Assembly: GCA_964016885.1 (NCBI GenBank)
Contig: OZ024751.1
Span: forward strand, 12,028,001 to 12,092,000
Length of the DNA stretch: 64,000 bases
Reading direction: 5' to 3'
Source: Eledone cirrhosa
Taxonomy: Eukaryota
Part shown: piece by piece, positions 14,979 through 34,700 of the stretch
Layout of the letters: every line of letters starts with the position of its first letter
Position numbering within the stretch: the first letter of the stretch is position 1
Notes under the pieces: model-generated
What the model was told of the DNA's origin: nothing
Seen by the model: only the letters and a program-made list of their open reading frames with translations
Database searches by the model: none
Made by a program: the position numbers and the translations under genes

Positions 14979-15237
14979 TAAAACAGGCATATTATGAAAA
15001 AGAAAAGGACACACACACACCACACACACACATACACACACACACATGGATGTGTTTATATATATATATATATATATCATTATTTAATACAGGAAAGCGC
15101 TCTACAGTACTAGAACTGTTTCATTCGTAGGAAAGATGATTTCATACGAAATAAACAGTCCTGTAGAAACAATTTCTATTTTTAAAAATTATGTTCACAC
15201 TCTACTAATACATTCTGGATATCCTCGAAGTAACTCA

Positions 15238-15300
<63 letters not shown>

Positions 15301-16059
15301 GTCTGAGACAAGCCTCTAGACTAGCTGGATTTCATTTCATAGCATAAACGATAGATGATCGTCAGAATTATCAATAGCCGCTCATTTTTGCTGATATTTC
15401 TTTGTCGAACTATTTCCTACAATTTTTGTATTTGTTTTACAATATTACGATATGAAATCAGATAATATATAAATAAATATGTTTGTACTTTGGGAGGGTC
15501 ATACTACCAATTAAAATGTAGTGTTCGAGTTTCAATTCAGTTTTTGGAATTAAGCAGGAATTTAATTAAATAATCAATGAATTAATTAATTCAATCTAAT
15601 ATAAAAGTTAGCCGGTGTTTGTGGTATAATTGACAGTATACCCCTCCACCCTAAAAAAAGGAACCACTTCAATAGCTTCATGAATTTAAATGCGAAGTGA
15701 TGGATACGAATACTTACATCATTTGTTCTATTAGAAAGTATTGTACTGGTTTAGAAAAACAGACCGGATACCAGGTTTCTGAAATGCCCATTATATGCTC
15801 AAACGTTTATCAAATTCTGATATATCTCTTCCGAATAATCGGAGAAGATAAATCATACGAGATGTCACGTGACATCGATTACCGGATGATATTGTTGTGT
15901 CTAGCGGCTGCTGTTGTTCTTGTTCCATTGCAGTTATTGTGGTTTTTTTGTTGTGGATATTGATTTTCGTTGGTAATGGATATGAGTAGTATTTTAGGGT
16001 TTAATAATAATAATTATGTCGGTGTACACGCATATGCATATATATATATATATATATAT

Positions 16060-16270
16060 ATGCAGAGAGAGAAGAATAGATGTATATATGCATTTGTATA
16101 TATATATATATATATATGCAGAGAGAGAAGAATAGATGTATATATGCATTTGTATATATATATATATATATGCAGAGAGAGAAGAATAGATGTATATATG
16201 CATTTGTATATATATATATATATGCAGAGAGAGAAGGATAGATGTATATATGCATGTATATATATGCATA
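16060..16270. repeat. Minisatellite, 4 copies
   Basis: gcagagagagaagaatagatgtatatatgcatttg(ta)n repeated. Confidence 0.85.
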
Positions 16271-16660
16271 TATATATATATATATATACACACACATTAG
16301 AATTAGTAGAAAAGTTATCTTTCTGATGTACATAACTTACCCAGGGGCAATACAAAACGTAAGTGAACTGAAATGGTTATAAACTACAAATAACAGGAAT
16401 GGACACCCCCTCTCCTATTTTGAAATGGTCTCAAATGAGTATTTTTAGTAGGATCTTTCCAGTGTACATTCTGCCACTAATCTACGCCATTTTCTATTCA
16501 TATTATTAATGGTTCATATCCTGATTGGACCTCAAATATAAAATCTACCAACCATGTAATAAAATTAAGCTATGTCGTTACAATGTTTTCTCTCTTCTCT
16601 TTCAGACTTGTATAAGACCCAAACTAGTAACAACTGCATATGTAAGAGAGAGAGAGAGAG

Positions 16661-16724
<64 letters not shown>

Positions 16725-16772
16725 CCAGTATGTAGATAAGTGTATATGTATGTATGGGTGTGTATGTACATA

Positions 16773-16812
<40 letters not shown>

Positions 16813-16925
16813 TATATATATATATGAACGTGTACATTTGAATATATATACATGAATACACACATACACACAAACGCACATACACACAACCGCGCATACA
16901 CGCACGCATACACACAACCGCACGT

Positions 16926-16962
<37 letters not shown>

Positions 16963-17132
16963 TACCCCGTTTGAAAGAATTAGGAATTAGAAGCTGTATT
17001 CGATTAAGCGTGTTACATTCAATAATAGGCCGCGTTAAATGAAATGAGAGCTAAACTCGTTAATCAATATAGATTTAGCTTTAAAATACCCTACGTTAAA
17101 ATCTACATAGTTATTAGTAATATTATTATTAA

Positions 17133-17510
17133 TGGATTGGCAGTATCGGTGGAGGGTCGGACGCCATGCTTTCCAGCATAGTTACGTCCCTTTACGATCT
17201 GAGTTCAAACCCCCCCCGAGGGTGACTTTGCCTTTCATCCTTACGGGGTCGATAAAATAAAGTACCAGTAATGCACTGGGTAATTGCTGGCCTTGTGCCA
17301 AAAAGTAGAAACAATTATTAGGGTGGTGGATTGGTAGTATCGGTAGAGGGACGGACGCCATGCTTTGACGCATAGAGTTACGGCCCTTGCCATTCTGAGT
17401 TCAAATCCCGCCGATGTTAACTTTGCCTTTCATCCTTACGGGGTCGATAAAATAAAGTACCAGTAATCCACTGGGTAAATGTTGGCCTTGTGCTAAAAGT
17501 AGAAACAAAT
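17133..17510 (+). mobile_element. Two tandem tRNA-derived SINE copies (subtypes A then B)
   Basis: 17133-17318 has tttccagcatagttacgtcccttt; 17321-17510 has tttgacgcatagagttacggcccttgcc; both carry A/B boxes and GTAGAAACAA tail. Confidence 0.9.
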
Positions 17511-17717
17511 ATGAACAATATGTAAAGGCTGTAGAGATTTCAACAAAGGGGAGATTATTAAATTTCTTTTGTTGCACTGTTAGATAAATTGCTGTACACA
17601 TCTGAGTGTATGTGTGCGCGTGTGAGTTTGTATGTGTACGTAAATGTATGTGTGTGTGTATATATATATATAAATATATTCAGTGGGATAACAAAACAAA
17701 GTTCCTATAACTCATAT

Positions 17718-17789
<72 letters not shown>

Positions 17790-17876
17790 GTGTATGTATA
17801 TATAGTTCGATTTTTTTTAATACCATCAACATCGTCTAAAATAAATAATATATATATATTTATATATGATTGTGTG

Positions 17877-17933
<57 letters not shown>

Positions 17934-18015
17934 ATAAGTGCCTCTCTCTCTCTATATATATATATATAATTTTTTTTTTGATGTTGATGATATAAAAAAA
18001 TCGGAAAAGCTGTAA

Positions 18016-18078
<63 letters not shown>

Positions 18079-18147
18079 CATATATATATATACATATATA
18101 TATATGCATATATATATATATACATATATATATACATATATATATAC

Positions 18148-18224
<77 letters not shown>

Positions 18225-18324
18225 CATATATACATATATATATACATATATACATAGATGTATATATGTATATATATATATATATATATCTATCTATATA
18301 TATATACATATATACATCTATCTA

Positions 18325-18359
<35 letters not shown>

Positions 18360-19182
18360 TAATGAAGATAAAAGTGTGTTGTAGCATTTGTTAAATGGAG
18401 ACTTCGTTCGGCGTTTGAGACTTGGGTTAATGACAGAGTAACGAGGGGCAACATAGATATAAAATTCCATTGATGATGTCGGGTACTTTAAGATTTCTTG
18501 TAATCAAAATTACAGGCAACCATACAAATAAAAGTAAAAATATGTATATATAAATAACTGAAAAAATCAGAAAGGCAATTTAAGGACATGGCCGTCATAA
18601 AATGGTTTGCTTAGAAGTTCAGATCCATAAACATTAATGGAATAAACCCCTAAACAGCTATCATAATGTAATGTTTTTATTATATTTCTGCTATTTATAT
18701 ATCTATCTAAAGATTCTCAGCGTTGAATCTAATCTCATTAAAGAACATAGTAGTAGTAATAGTAGAAGTAATAGTAGGCGTAGTACTGACAGTAGTAGTA
18801 GTAGCAGTAGTGTTGGTGGTCGTAGTAGTAGCAACAAAAATGGTTGCTATTATGTAGGCACAAGGCCAACGATGAAAGGCAAATCTAACATCGGCGGGAT
18901 TTTACTCAGGACGTAGAGAGTCGTAACTCTATGTTGAAAAGCATGTTGTCCGACGTTCTACCGATTCTGCCAATCTTCTCCCCCTTAATGATAATAGTAG
19001 AAATAGTAGCAGAAGTAGTATTAGTGTTAGTGGTGGTAGTAGTAGTAGATGTAGTGGTGGCAGTAGTACTAGTAGTGATGGTGGTATTTGTAGTTGCGGT
19101 TGTAGTAGTGCTAGTATTAGTGTTGGTGGCAGTTGCAATAGTAGTAGTAGCAACAATAATGCTAGTAGTAGTAGTAGCAATA

Positions 19183-19346
19183 ATAATTGTTTCTACTTTA
19201 GGCACAAGGCCAGCAATTACCCAGTGCATTACTGGTACTTTATTTTATCGACCCCGTAAGGATGAAAGGCAAAGTCAACCTCGGCGGGATTTGAACTCAG
19301 ATCGTAAAGGGACGTAACTATGCTGGAAAGCATGACGTCCGACCCT
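19183..19346 (-). mobile_element. tRNA-derived SINE, 5'-truncated, in (TAG)n repeat
   Basis: Reverse complement matches SINE body and tail; a further deleted copy lies at ~18840-18975. Confidence 0.85.
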
Positions 19347-19451
19347 CAGCAGCAGTAGTATTAGTTGGTGGTAGTTATAGCAGCAGTAGTAATACTAGCA
19401 ACAATAATGCTAGTAGTGGTAGTAGCAGCAGCAGTAGTATTAGAGTCGGTA

Positions 19452-19482
<31 letters not shown>

Positions 19483-19715
19483 TAAACTTTGTTTTAAAGA
19501 ATCAGTTGAATGAAAATCTAAGGAGAAATGAGAAATTGTTTGATAGGAATATATTTACGATGATATTGTCATCGATTACTGCTTCTAGTTTTTCTTGCTC
19601 TTTATTGATAATACTACTACTTACACACACACACATGTAGATACACACACACACACATGTAGATACACACACACATACACACATACATACATACATACAT
19701 ACATACATACATACA

Positions 19716-19746
<31 letters not shown>

Positions 19747-19748
<2 letters not shown>

Positions 19749-20149
19749 GGTGGCTGCCAACTCGTTTTCGAGTACGGCCACTACTTTATATCCATGTAGG
19801 AGAACCCCTACCGATGCGCTGAACGAGTGTGACTTTTTAGTCCAGCCAGCGACTTGAAAACTCTGGTACAAACACTACACTTGTGACAATTATTGACACA
19901 TAGTGCTGGGCCCATGATACCATGTGACGACAAGTGCAGAGAGATCTCCAGATATAAAGAAATGCCTGTGCCGTGAATCTTTTATAGTGAGCAAAGGCAC
20001 TGCACAAAGCCAGTCCCACTCTCTTAACCAAGATGATATTTACCAAAAAGAAGAACAAGTCAACATCATTGGATACCATCAGGGTTGCAGGTGTTATATC
20101 AGAGTTTTCCTTCTCATAGAATTCTGCCTTGACAAAGGCTAAGGGGTCA
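19747..20149 (-). mobile_element. Non-autonomous bipartite RTE-derived retroelement (5' UTR fused to zinc-finger and 3' end)
   Basis: Minus strand: AGAAGGAAAACTCTGAT motif; segment homologous to RTE 5' UTR 26165-26278; encodes CSVCTRVFKSLAGLKSHTRSAH*; terminus ggccgtactcgaaaacgagttggcagccaccat matches RTE terminus 30206-30238; flanked by (ACAT)n. Confidence 0.8.
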
Positions 20150-20173
20150 TACATACATACATACATACATACA

Positions 20174-20204
<31 letters not shown>

Positions 20205-20292
20205 GTTGTTATACTTTGGGAGGGTCATGTTGCCAATAAAGACACACGCACCTTATTCGTTGGTTCGATAACCGGAAGGTTGTTTATATATT

Positions 20293-20323
20293 GTCAAATA
20301 TCTTTCGTGACCTCATCAGTGAC
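20293..20323 (-). ncRNA. Minimal hammerhead ribozyme, stem II partly deleted
   Basis: Minus strand gtca-CTGATGA-ggtcac-GAAA-gata-TT-tgac. Confidence 0.6.
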
Positions 20324-20711
20324 TAGAATGTTATGTACTTTTGTGTGTCTCACATTTGTTCTGTCCTACACGGTCTTGTTTTTGTGTGTTCACTCCTCTG
20401 TATCCTTCTGTAAGGGTCTTCACCCGGATTTATAAGATATCTTATAGCATCAGGGTGCAAGGACACACAATCTTCCTTCCCTTAGCCTTTCGTAAAGGTT
20501 CGAGGTATATATATATATAAACCAGAGTAGAACCAGTTTTAAACAAGTTAGAACACTACTCAACAGAGTATTCGATACATGGAGTCGTGAAATATGGCTC
20601 TATATTATATAGAGTCGGGTTGCGACAGTTTATAATATATATATAGAGAAAAAACAAGATGGCCTAGGACAGAAAGAAGGAGAGGCACAAAAACAAAGAA
20701 AAGAATCCCCA

Positions 20712-20754
20712 GTCACTGAAGAGGTCACAGAATGTGTGACGAAAGAAATTTGAC
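20712..20754 (+). ncRNA. Minimal type-I hammerhead ribozyme
   Basis: gtca-CTGAAGA-g-gtcac(agaatgt)gtgac-GAAA-gaaa-TT-tgac; stems I and II pair. Confidence 0.75.
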
Positions 20755-20971
20755 AATATATAAACAATCATCTGGTTGTGGAACCAACCATCCGACCGGA
20801 AATTTGTAAATTCCTAAATTTATAAATTTATTATAATAAATTGAAGTGAAAGCAACTGGTGCGTGTGTTTCTTATTGGCATCATGACCCTCCCAAAGTAT
20901 AAGAATATATATATATATATATATATGATAAAGAACACAAGAGCGTCTACAACATCAAAAGATTTTTATTG

Positions 20972-21016
20972 GCTTACAATGTTTCTTCCTTACGTAACCG
21001 TAGGATTCGTCAGAGC
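20972..21016 (-). ncRNA. Minimal hammerhead ribozyme in a PLE pseudo-LTR fragment
   Basis: Minus strand gct-CTGACGA-atcctac..gtaaggaa-GAAA-cattg-TA-agc; flank 20928-20985 resembles pLTR at 41743-41791. Confidence 0.7.
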
Positions 21017-21751
21017 TATAAAAGGGGTTTGATTGGTGTTATGGACTCTACCAACCAAACATTCAAGAACAAAGAGTAAAGAGAGTAAAGAGAAAAAGTA
21101 GGGGATGATAAGTATAATTTTGGTGCGGGAGGGTGGGGTGTGGGTCCTTGTTTACTAGCTGCGGTCATATTCATTCCCGGGAGTCGAGTGGTTAGCTGAA
21201 CCATAGATGGGGTGGCGTCGATAGTATGGTGCAGAGGGTGTGCAGAGGCTACACAAACACAGAGGGCATACAATATATATATATATATATAACGGAGGAG
21301 AAAGTACATGAGGTAATTAGAAATGGAAGAAGAGTAATAATAATAATCTATAATTAATAATGTATAATAAGGTATGGGGAAGATTACACTATATATATAT
21401 ATAAAGTGTCGTTGAAATATACGAGACCCCAAGTAGACAACTGATGAGGACCCCCCCCCCCCTTTTTTTTTTGCTTTTCTTCCTAGTTTTCTTCTTATTT
21501 TTAAGCCCACCTTAACTACCATCTACACAGCCATCCAATTCTCAATATATATTTTATATATTTGACGCACACACATATACACACATATACGCACACACAC
21601 ACACACGCACACGCACGCATACACACACATATATATGTTTATATATATGTATGTATATACTCATCTGTATGTATACACTGTGAACATTGAGATCTTAATC
21701 TACATTTTCCTCGCAATGAATTATAGGCACGCTCACACAGTGAAACATACA

Positions 21752-21813
<62 letters not shown>

Positions 21814-22071
21814 GTGTGTGTGTGTTTGGTGTTATAATTATATATATATATATTATATATATATAAATATACATGTATATATGTGTGTGAGTTTGGTGTT
21901 ATAATGATACATATTTATGAATGCGTCTGCTATAAGTTTAGCGTATAAACACACACATCGCATATATATGTGATATATACAACTATATCTATATACATAG
22001 ATAGATCTACAGAGACACACACATTAATTTGCCACTTTTGATTCTTATATATTTTATATTTTTCTTGCCAG

Positions 22072-22301
22072 AAGATATCTAGCAAGCTAAGGTTATCCAA
22101 AACGAGTTGTAGGAGACACATAACGCCCTATAAGATAAACAGAGTTCTAAGACTATGTAAATCTACCCACTGCGTAAGATCAACACCACCCGTAGATGCT
22201 GAGGTCAGGATATCAGCCGACAGTGAAGATAATTATCTTATATACGTTGCAATTAACAGTACATCCCAAGAGCCCGTCAGTTATTCTTCTAAACAACCAA
22301 G
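22072..22301 (+). CDS. Candidate internal exon of an unidentified host gene
   Basis: Polypyrimidine tract + CAG acceptor at 22069-22071, AG|GTATAT donor at 22302, stop-free frame of 76 codons (KISSKLRLSK…SYSSKQP); no domain recognised. Confidence 0.35.
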
Positions 22302-22395
22302 GTATATTTAAACTTATGACCTCAAATACTGTCTATATTTGTGTGTAGGCATGTATATGTGGGCTTCCTCAAGTATATATATGTATGGAGGTGTG

Positions 22396-22437
<42 letters not shown>

Positions 22438-23449
22438 AGAACGTATGTATGTATATATATATATATATATGTATATAAGAACGTATATATATATGTGTGT
22501 ATATATATGTATATATATATATATGTATATAAGAATGTATATATATATGTGTATATATATGTGTATATATATATATATATATGTGTATATAAAATGTATA
22601 TATATATGTGTATATATATATGTATATATATATATATGTGTGTATATAAAATGTATATATATATGTGTATATATATATGTATATATATATATGTGTATAT
22701 AAAATGTATATATGTGTATATATATATATATATGTATATAAGAATGTATATATATATGTGTATATATATATATATTTATATATATATGTATATAAGAATG
22801 TATATATATATGTGTATATATATATATTTATATGTATATATATATGTACATAAGAATGTATATATATGTATGTTTGTATATAAGAATGTATATATAAGAA
22901 TGTATATATTTATATATATATATATGTACATAAGAATGTATATATATGTATGTGTTTGTATATAAGAATGTATATATATATATTTATATATATATATGTA
23001 CATAAGAATGTATATATATGTATGTGTTTGTATATAAGAATGTATATATATATATTTATATATATATATGTACATAAGAATGTATATATATGTATGTGTT
23101 TGTATATAGGAATGTATATATATATATATTATAATGTGTGTGTGTATGTAGGTATATATGTGTGCGTACACATATATTACATATATGTCATTGTATCTAG
23201 TATTTAATGTACATATATAGGTAAGACTGTCTATAAATGTATAGATAACGTATCTACATATCTACCCATGTGTATGTGTATACATGTACTTAGTGGCAGA
23301 TATTTACAATTGTGGTGAATCATGATTTTAACGAGTACAGGGTTTCATTACGTGCTCTTGAATAAAATGATCTCTTGCATAGACATGCATGTCTCTATAA
23401 ACATGCACAAAATGCTTACAATTGCACACATATGTACTTACATAGAAAC

Positions 23450-23507
<58 letters not shown>

Positions 23508-23655
23508 ATATATATAGTTGTTATATAGTAAGGTGCATTATTGGTTGTGTAAAACGGTCCAATAACTTTATGTTAGCAATATTAAGTTCTCAACGCTTTT
23601 GTATATCTCCAATTCCATTAAGGGAACAGCTAGATGACGCAAAACGGAGTATAAG

Positions 23656-24026
23656 TATCAAAATGAGAATCCGAAGGCAAGGTAAAATTGCAATCATTTA
23701 ATCACGACATACATTTCAATAAGAGATAGATCGATTGTGAAGCCATGATCGATTATCACTGATCTCAACAGGTGAAAATGAATTGTCTTCAAATTCTTGA
23801 TATGAGGGAGAAAAATAACGATGTTCTATGACAGAATTCATTCCCTCATGTGAGAGAACATCGTTATTTTTCTCCCTCATATCAAGAATTTGAAGACAAT
23901 TCATTTTCACCTGTTGAGATCAGTGATAATCGATCATGGCTTCACAATCGATCTATCTCTTATTGAAACATGTGTCGTGATTAAATGATTGGAATTTTTC
24001 CTTGCCTTCGGATTTTCATTTTGATA
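23656..24026. repeat. Near-perfect palindrome, ~170-bp arms
   Basis: 23656-23827 is the reverse complement of 23855-24026; right arm has a degenerate HHR-like GTGATAA…GAAA-catg. Confidence 0.9.
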
Positions 24027-24115
24027 TATATATATATAATGAAGGAGGTGTGGTAAAGAACCAGATGGACCATAACGCACCACATTACTCATAACTTAGG
24101 GTAGTAGAATGGGTA

Positions 24116-24232
24116 ATAGGAAAATGTTTGACCCCGACGGCAGAGCTCAAACCGTTTCGACGGCTATTTCTATTCCCGAAATAGCCGTCGAAACAGCTTG
24201 AGCTTTGTCGTCGGGGTCAAACATTTTCCTAT
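24116..24232. repeat. Palindrome, ~55-bp arms
   Basis: ataggaaaatgtttgaccccgacg…gacggctatttc / gaaatagccgtc…cgtcggggtcaaacattttcctat; right arm has GAAA-cagc-TT-gagct. Confidence 0.85.
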
Positions 24233-26075
<1,843 letters not shown>

Positions 26076-26164
26076 TAAAACTTTGGCATATATGTATATA
26101 AAACTATGTATATATATATATATATATGTATATAAAACTTTGGCATTGGGAGCTGGACCAACCG

Positions 26165-30236
<4,072 letters not shown>

Positions 30237-30238
<2 letters not shown>

Positions 30239-30381
30239 AGATATATGTGTATATATATATTTGTATATATATATGTGTATATATATATGTGTATATATAT
30301 ATGTGTATATGTATATATGTATATATGTATATATGTACATATATATATATGTATATATGTATATATGTATATATGTATATA

Positions 30382-30417
<36 letters not shown>

Positions 30418-30418
30418 A

Positions 30419-30449
<31 letters not shown>

Positions 30450-30473
30450 TATATATACATATATATATATACA

Positions 30474-30514
<41 letters not shown>

Positions 30515-30608
30515 GTATATAAAACTTTGGCATATATGTATATAAAACTATGTATATATATATATATATATGTATATAAAACTTTGGCATTGGGAGCTGG
30601 ACCAACCG
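30237..30608 (+). repeat. Right copy of long direct repeat flanking the RTE LINE
   Basis: Matches 25755-26164 except for TA-unit number. Confidence 0.85.
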
Positions 30609-30976
30609 CCGAACAAGACATCACTGTGTGGTGCCAAACGTCCCGTCTTCCACATCTAGAATAAGGAGCAGGTATTGCAATAGCCTGGGATTCAAGGGCC
30701 CTCAACTCTTCAACAGGCTACTGAGGCATCTGCGAGACTTGCAAGACGTGGAGGTGGATGTCTTTAAGAAACATCTCGACACCTTGTTATCCAGGATCCC
30801 GGATGAGCCCACAGCAAGACACGAGGGAAACCTAAGGGCAGCAGCAACAAACTCCCTCCTTCACCAGTGGCCAACCTATACAGGCTGGAGATAAAATGTG
30901 TAGCAACAAGGGCGGTGCCCCAGCATGGCCTCAGCCGGATGGCTGAAACAGGTAAAAGAGTAAAAGAGTAAAAGAG
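30609..30976 (+). mobile_element. 3' fragment of CR1/L2-group LINE
   Basis: Translation [38 protein letters not shown] typical of the CR1-group C-terminus; tail gcggtgccccagcatggcc…gctgaaacag(gtaaaaga)n. Confidence 0.75.
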
Positions 30977-31007
30977 TATATATATGTATATATATATATG
31001 TATATAC

Positions 31008-31038
<31 letters not shown>

Positions 31039-31150
31039 CATATATATACATATACATATATACATATACATATACATATATACATATAAACATATATGTA
31101 TATATATATATGTATGTATGTATATATATGTATATATATGTATATATTTG

Positions 31151-31181
<31 letters not shown>

Positions 31182-31377
31182 GTATATATATATGTATATA
31201 TGTATATGTATATATGTATATATATATATATGTATATATATATATGTGTTTATATATATATATGTATATATATATATATGTGTTTATATATATATATGTA
31301 TATATATATATATGTGTTTATATATATATATATATATGTGTGTATATATGTATTATATATATATATGTATGTATACA

Positions 31378-31408
<31 letters not shown>

Positions 31409-31417
31409 GTATATATG

Positions 31418-31448
<31 letters not shown>

Positions 31449-31639
31449 GTATATATGTATATATATATATATGTATATATGTTTATATATATATATATAT
31501 ATATGTATATATGTTTATATATATATATGTTTATATATGTATATATATATATGTATATATATATGTTTATATATGTATATATATATGTTTATATATGTAT
31601 ATATATATATGTATATATATATATGTATATATATATATG

Positions 31640-31670
<31 letters not shown>

Positions 31671-31759
31671 GTATATATGTATATATGTATATATATATGT
31701 ATGTATATATGTATATATATATGTATATATGTATATATATATGTATATATGTATGTATG

Positions 31760-34700
31760 TTTTCTCTTTCTCTTAATTTTGAGTATATTTTTTGGTTGTA
31801 AAAGAAAAGAAATTGTCATCCCTTGAATCGCAAGAATGTTTTGCAAATTTTGAAGGTGCCAGCTATCGCAGCCATTTGTAGACTATGAATTAGGGAGCTG
31901 CGCTTTTTGTCCGCAAATCCAAGTTCAGTCATACTTTGGTCCAAGCGGGTTGGTATATAACCCGTAGCACCAATAATGATGGGTATGAAGCTAAAGGTGT
32001 ATCTTGGATACTGGATTTGTAAACTCCTCATCAATGGTCCGTAGATGTCCTCCTTCTCCTGTATTTTTCTGACAACGTTTACATCAAGTGGGCAGCTGAT
32101 CTCCACAACAGAACACGTTTTCAATGTGTGGTCCCAAACTACAATATCAGGCCGGTTGTGCTTTAATTTGGTGGCAGTTTTTATTTTCAGGTTCCACCAG
32201 TATTCCTTAGTGCCATCTGTCTCAATATATTCTTCCTCGTTTGTTGTTGATTTTGTTTTCCGAAGTGCGTTCCAGATGGTTCTAGCTATCCCATCGTGTC
32301 TCATGGGGAGGTAGTAGCGAGATGACATTCTTTCGCAGCTGGCAACAATGTGGCTTACATCCTCGATCTTTGTTTTACATAGCCTACATTTATTGTCAGC
32401 TGCTGGCCCTCCTCTTTTGTGCAGCAGATATTTGGTAGGGAGTTCTTGTTCCTGTATTGCATAGAGATATCCCTCAAGGTGTGATGTCATAAACTTGTCG
32501 GAACTCCATGCCAGGCTTTTTGAGTGGTTTATCCCCTCTATGGTCTGTGTTTTACGCCTCAAGTATCCATGCACAACTTTTTCTGTAAATTGGTCAATTT
32601 TTTTTTCTTGTTTGAACATTGAATAGGATCTTCCGATTTCTCTGGGTGAGAGATTTATATCGGGCTTTATTCCATATCTCTCCTCCAGATCAGTCGCTAT
32701 TCTAATGATATTTCTTTTTTCATGGTCATAAACCTGGGCAAGATGGTTGCCAACCTTTTTCCTCTGTTGAAGGCGTTGCTTCAGTGTCACTATCCGGGTC
32801 TCATATGTTGTTAATATTGATTTTAGACCCCGGCCACCTTCCTTGCGTGAGAAGTATAGCCTATCCACATCACCATTGATGTTAAAGTTCCCAGTAACAC
32901 TGAGAAGTTTTCGAGTTCTAACATCCATCTCACTTAGTTCTTGCAATGACCAGTTCAGTAGGCCAAATGTTGGCGTTAGAATTGGCACAGCATAAGTATT
33001 GTGGGCAATGTATTTGTTGTATGCTGACAGTTCTGATGACCATATTTTCTTTACTCTTCTGAGGTATTCAGTTCTGGTTCTCTCCTTATTTATGGGTCCA
33101 TCATATCTGACATTCTCATCCTGTCCAAGATATCTGTAGTTGTCACCTTACTGCAGAGGTTGTATTGTCAGGCCGTTCATCTCTAGATTTCTAGAGGAGG
33201 GCACAGCTCTTCCACGTTTTACTGCCAAATATGCACACTTGGACTCACCAAATTTCATTTTGATGTCGGTTGAAAATTGTGTAATGAGGTCCAATTGTTT
33301 CTTGATGTCATTGATATTTGGCCCATACAACTTCAGGTCATCAACAAAGAAAAGATGGGAGATACTTCTGGTCCCACTTCTTTGTCGACCTTGTTTCCTG
33401 AGTAGGTAAGATAGTGGATTCAGTGAGAGAACGAAGAGTAGCACTGACAAGCTATCACCCTGAAAGATGCCCTTCTGGTAATGTATCTTATCAGTCTTAA
33501 CCTGCTCCTTCTCACCTCTAAGGATCAAACTGGTGTACCAGTTCTTGGTCAGGCGTTCAACAGCAGCTACCAATGGTTGTGGGACTTTAGCTAACTGTAA
33601 AGCCTTAACAATCCACCCATGAGGTACACTATCAAATGCTTTTTGATAGTCCAGCCACACGACAGTCATGTTTCTGCGATTCTTTGTTGTTTTTTCCTGA
33701 ATCATTTTGTTAGTTAGTAGGTGATCTATGCAACCCCACACCTCCCTCTTTCCACCAGCTTGCTCAGGTGTTATGATGTTGTTGGTAGCACAGTGATCCT
33801 GTAAGAACAGGTTAAGGCACCCAGTATATAATTTATACATGATGTTTTGGCAGGCAATTGGGCGGTAATTTTTAGCAAGGGTGGTTTGGCTATTTTTGGG
33901 AATGAGGAGAGTAGAGGCAGTTGATAACCATCTGGGCAGTTCTTGTGTGCCCTTAATGGTTTCTGTAAACAGCCGTATGAGATCTTGCCGATAGAAAGTG
34001 AAATTCTTCAACCAGTATCCTGTAATGAGGTCTGGGCCTGGCGATTTCCTATTCGACATTTTCTGTAGAGCTGTTTCCAGTATTGACCCATCTATGTCAT
34101 ATTGTTTTGTCTGGACATGTTGGCAGTAGTCCTGTTCCAGTTCTTTTAGCCAATTAGCTTGTCTGTTGAATCCGTCATCCGTTTCCCATACAGATCTCCA
34201 GTAGCTCTCAACCTGTTCTTTTGAAGGGGTGTCATTTACAGAGATTGAGCTTTTGCCACCGAAGCTGCGATAAACTGATTTAGGATCTCTGGCAAACAAT
34301 CTATTTAGCACTTGTCGTTTATGTGCTGTTGACTTATATTCTAGTCTTTCTGTTGTAGCTGTGAGTTGTTGTTTCAACTGGTGTAATTTGGAGTTCAAAG
34401 TTTTAAATTTTGTATCTCCAAATCTTCTCTCTAACATTTTCTTTAGGTCTTCCTGGTGTTGTGTGAAGTTGCTCTCTATGTTGCATTTCATAACGACTGC
34501 GATGTGTGAGATACTTCGTCTCAGGGACAAAATTTTGGTTTTTAAATTTCGCATCCACGCTGGTTCAGGCTTTCTGTTTGTATCTTGATTGCGTGGTTTT
34601 AGATGTGTGTTATATGCTAGCAATGTGACAGCTGAAACATATAACAAAACATTAAGCGTTTCAAATGTCGTTTCTACACCTTTAGATCGTATAGCCTTCA

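Larger units (their letters stand above)
20208..20902. mobile_element. Inverted pair of family-D HHR elements (20208-20390 minus, 20650-20902 plus)
   Basis: Termini ttatactttgggagggtcatg / catgaccctcccaaagtataa are reverse complements; each arm carries an HHR. Confidence 0.7.

Noticed and set aside
33148-33150. Programmed readthrough or selenocysteine recoding
   Set aside because: The stop is TAA, not TGA; a point mutation is the simpler explanation
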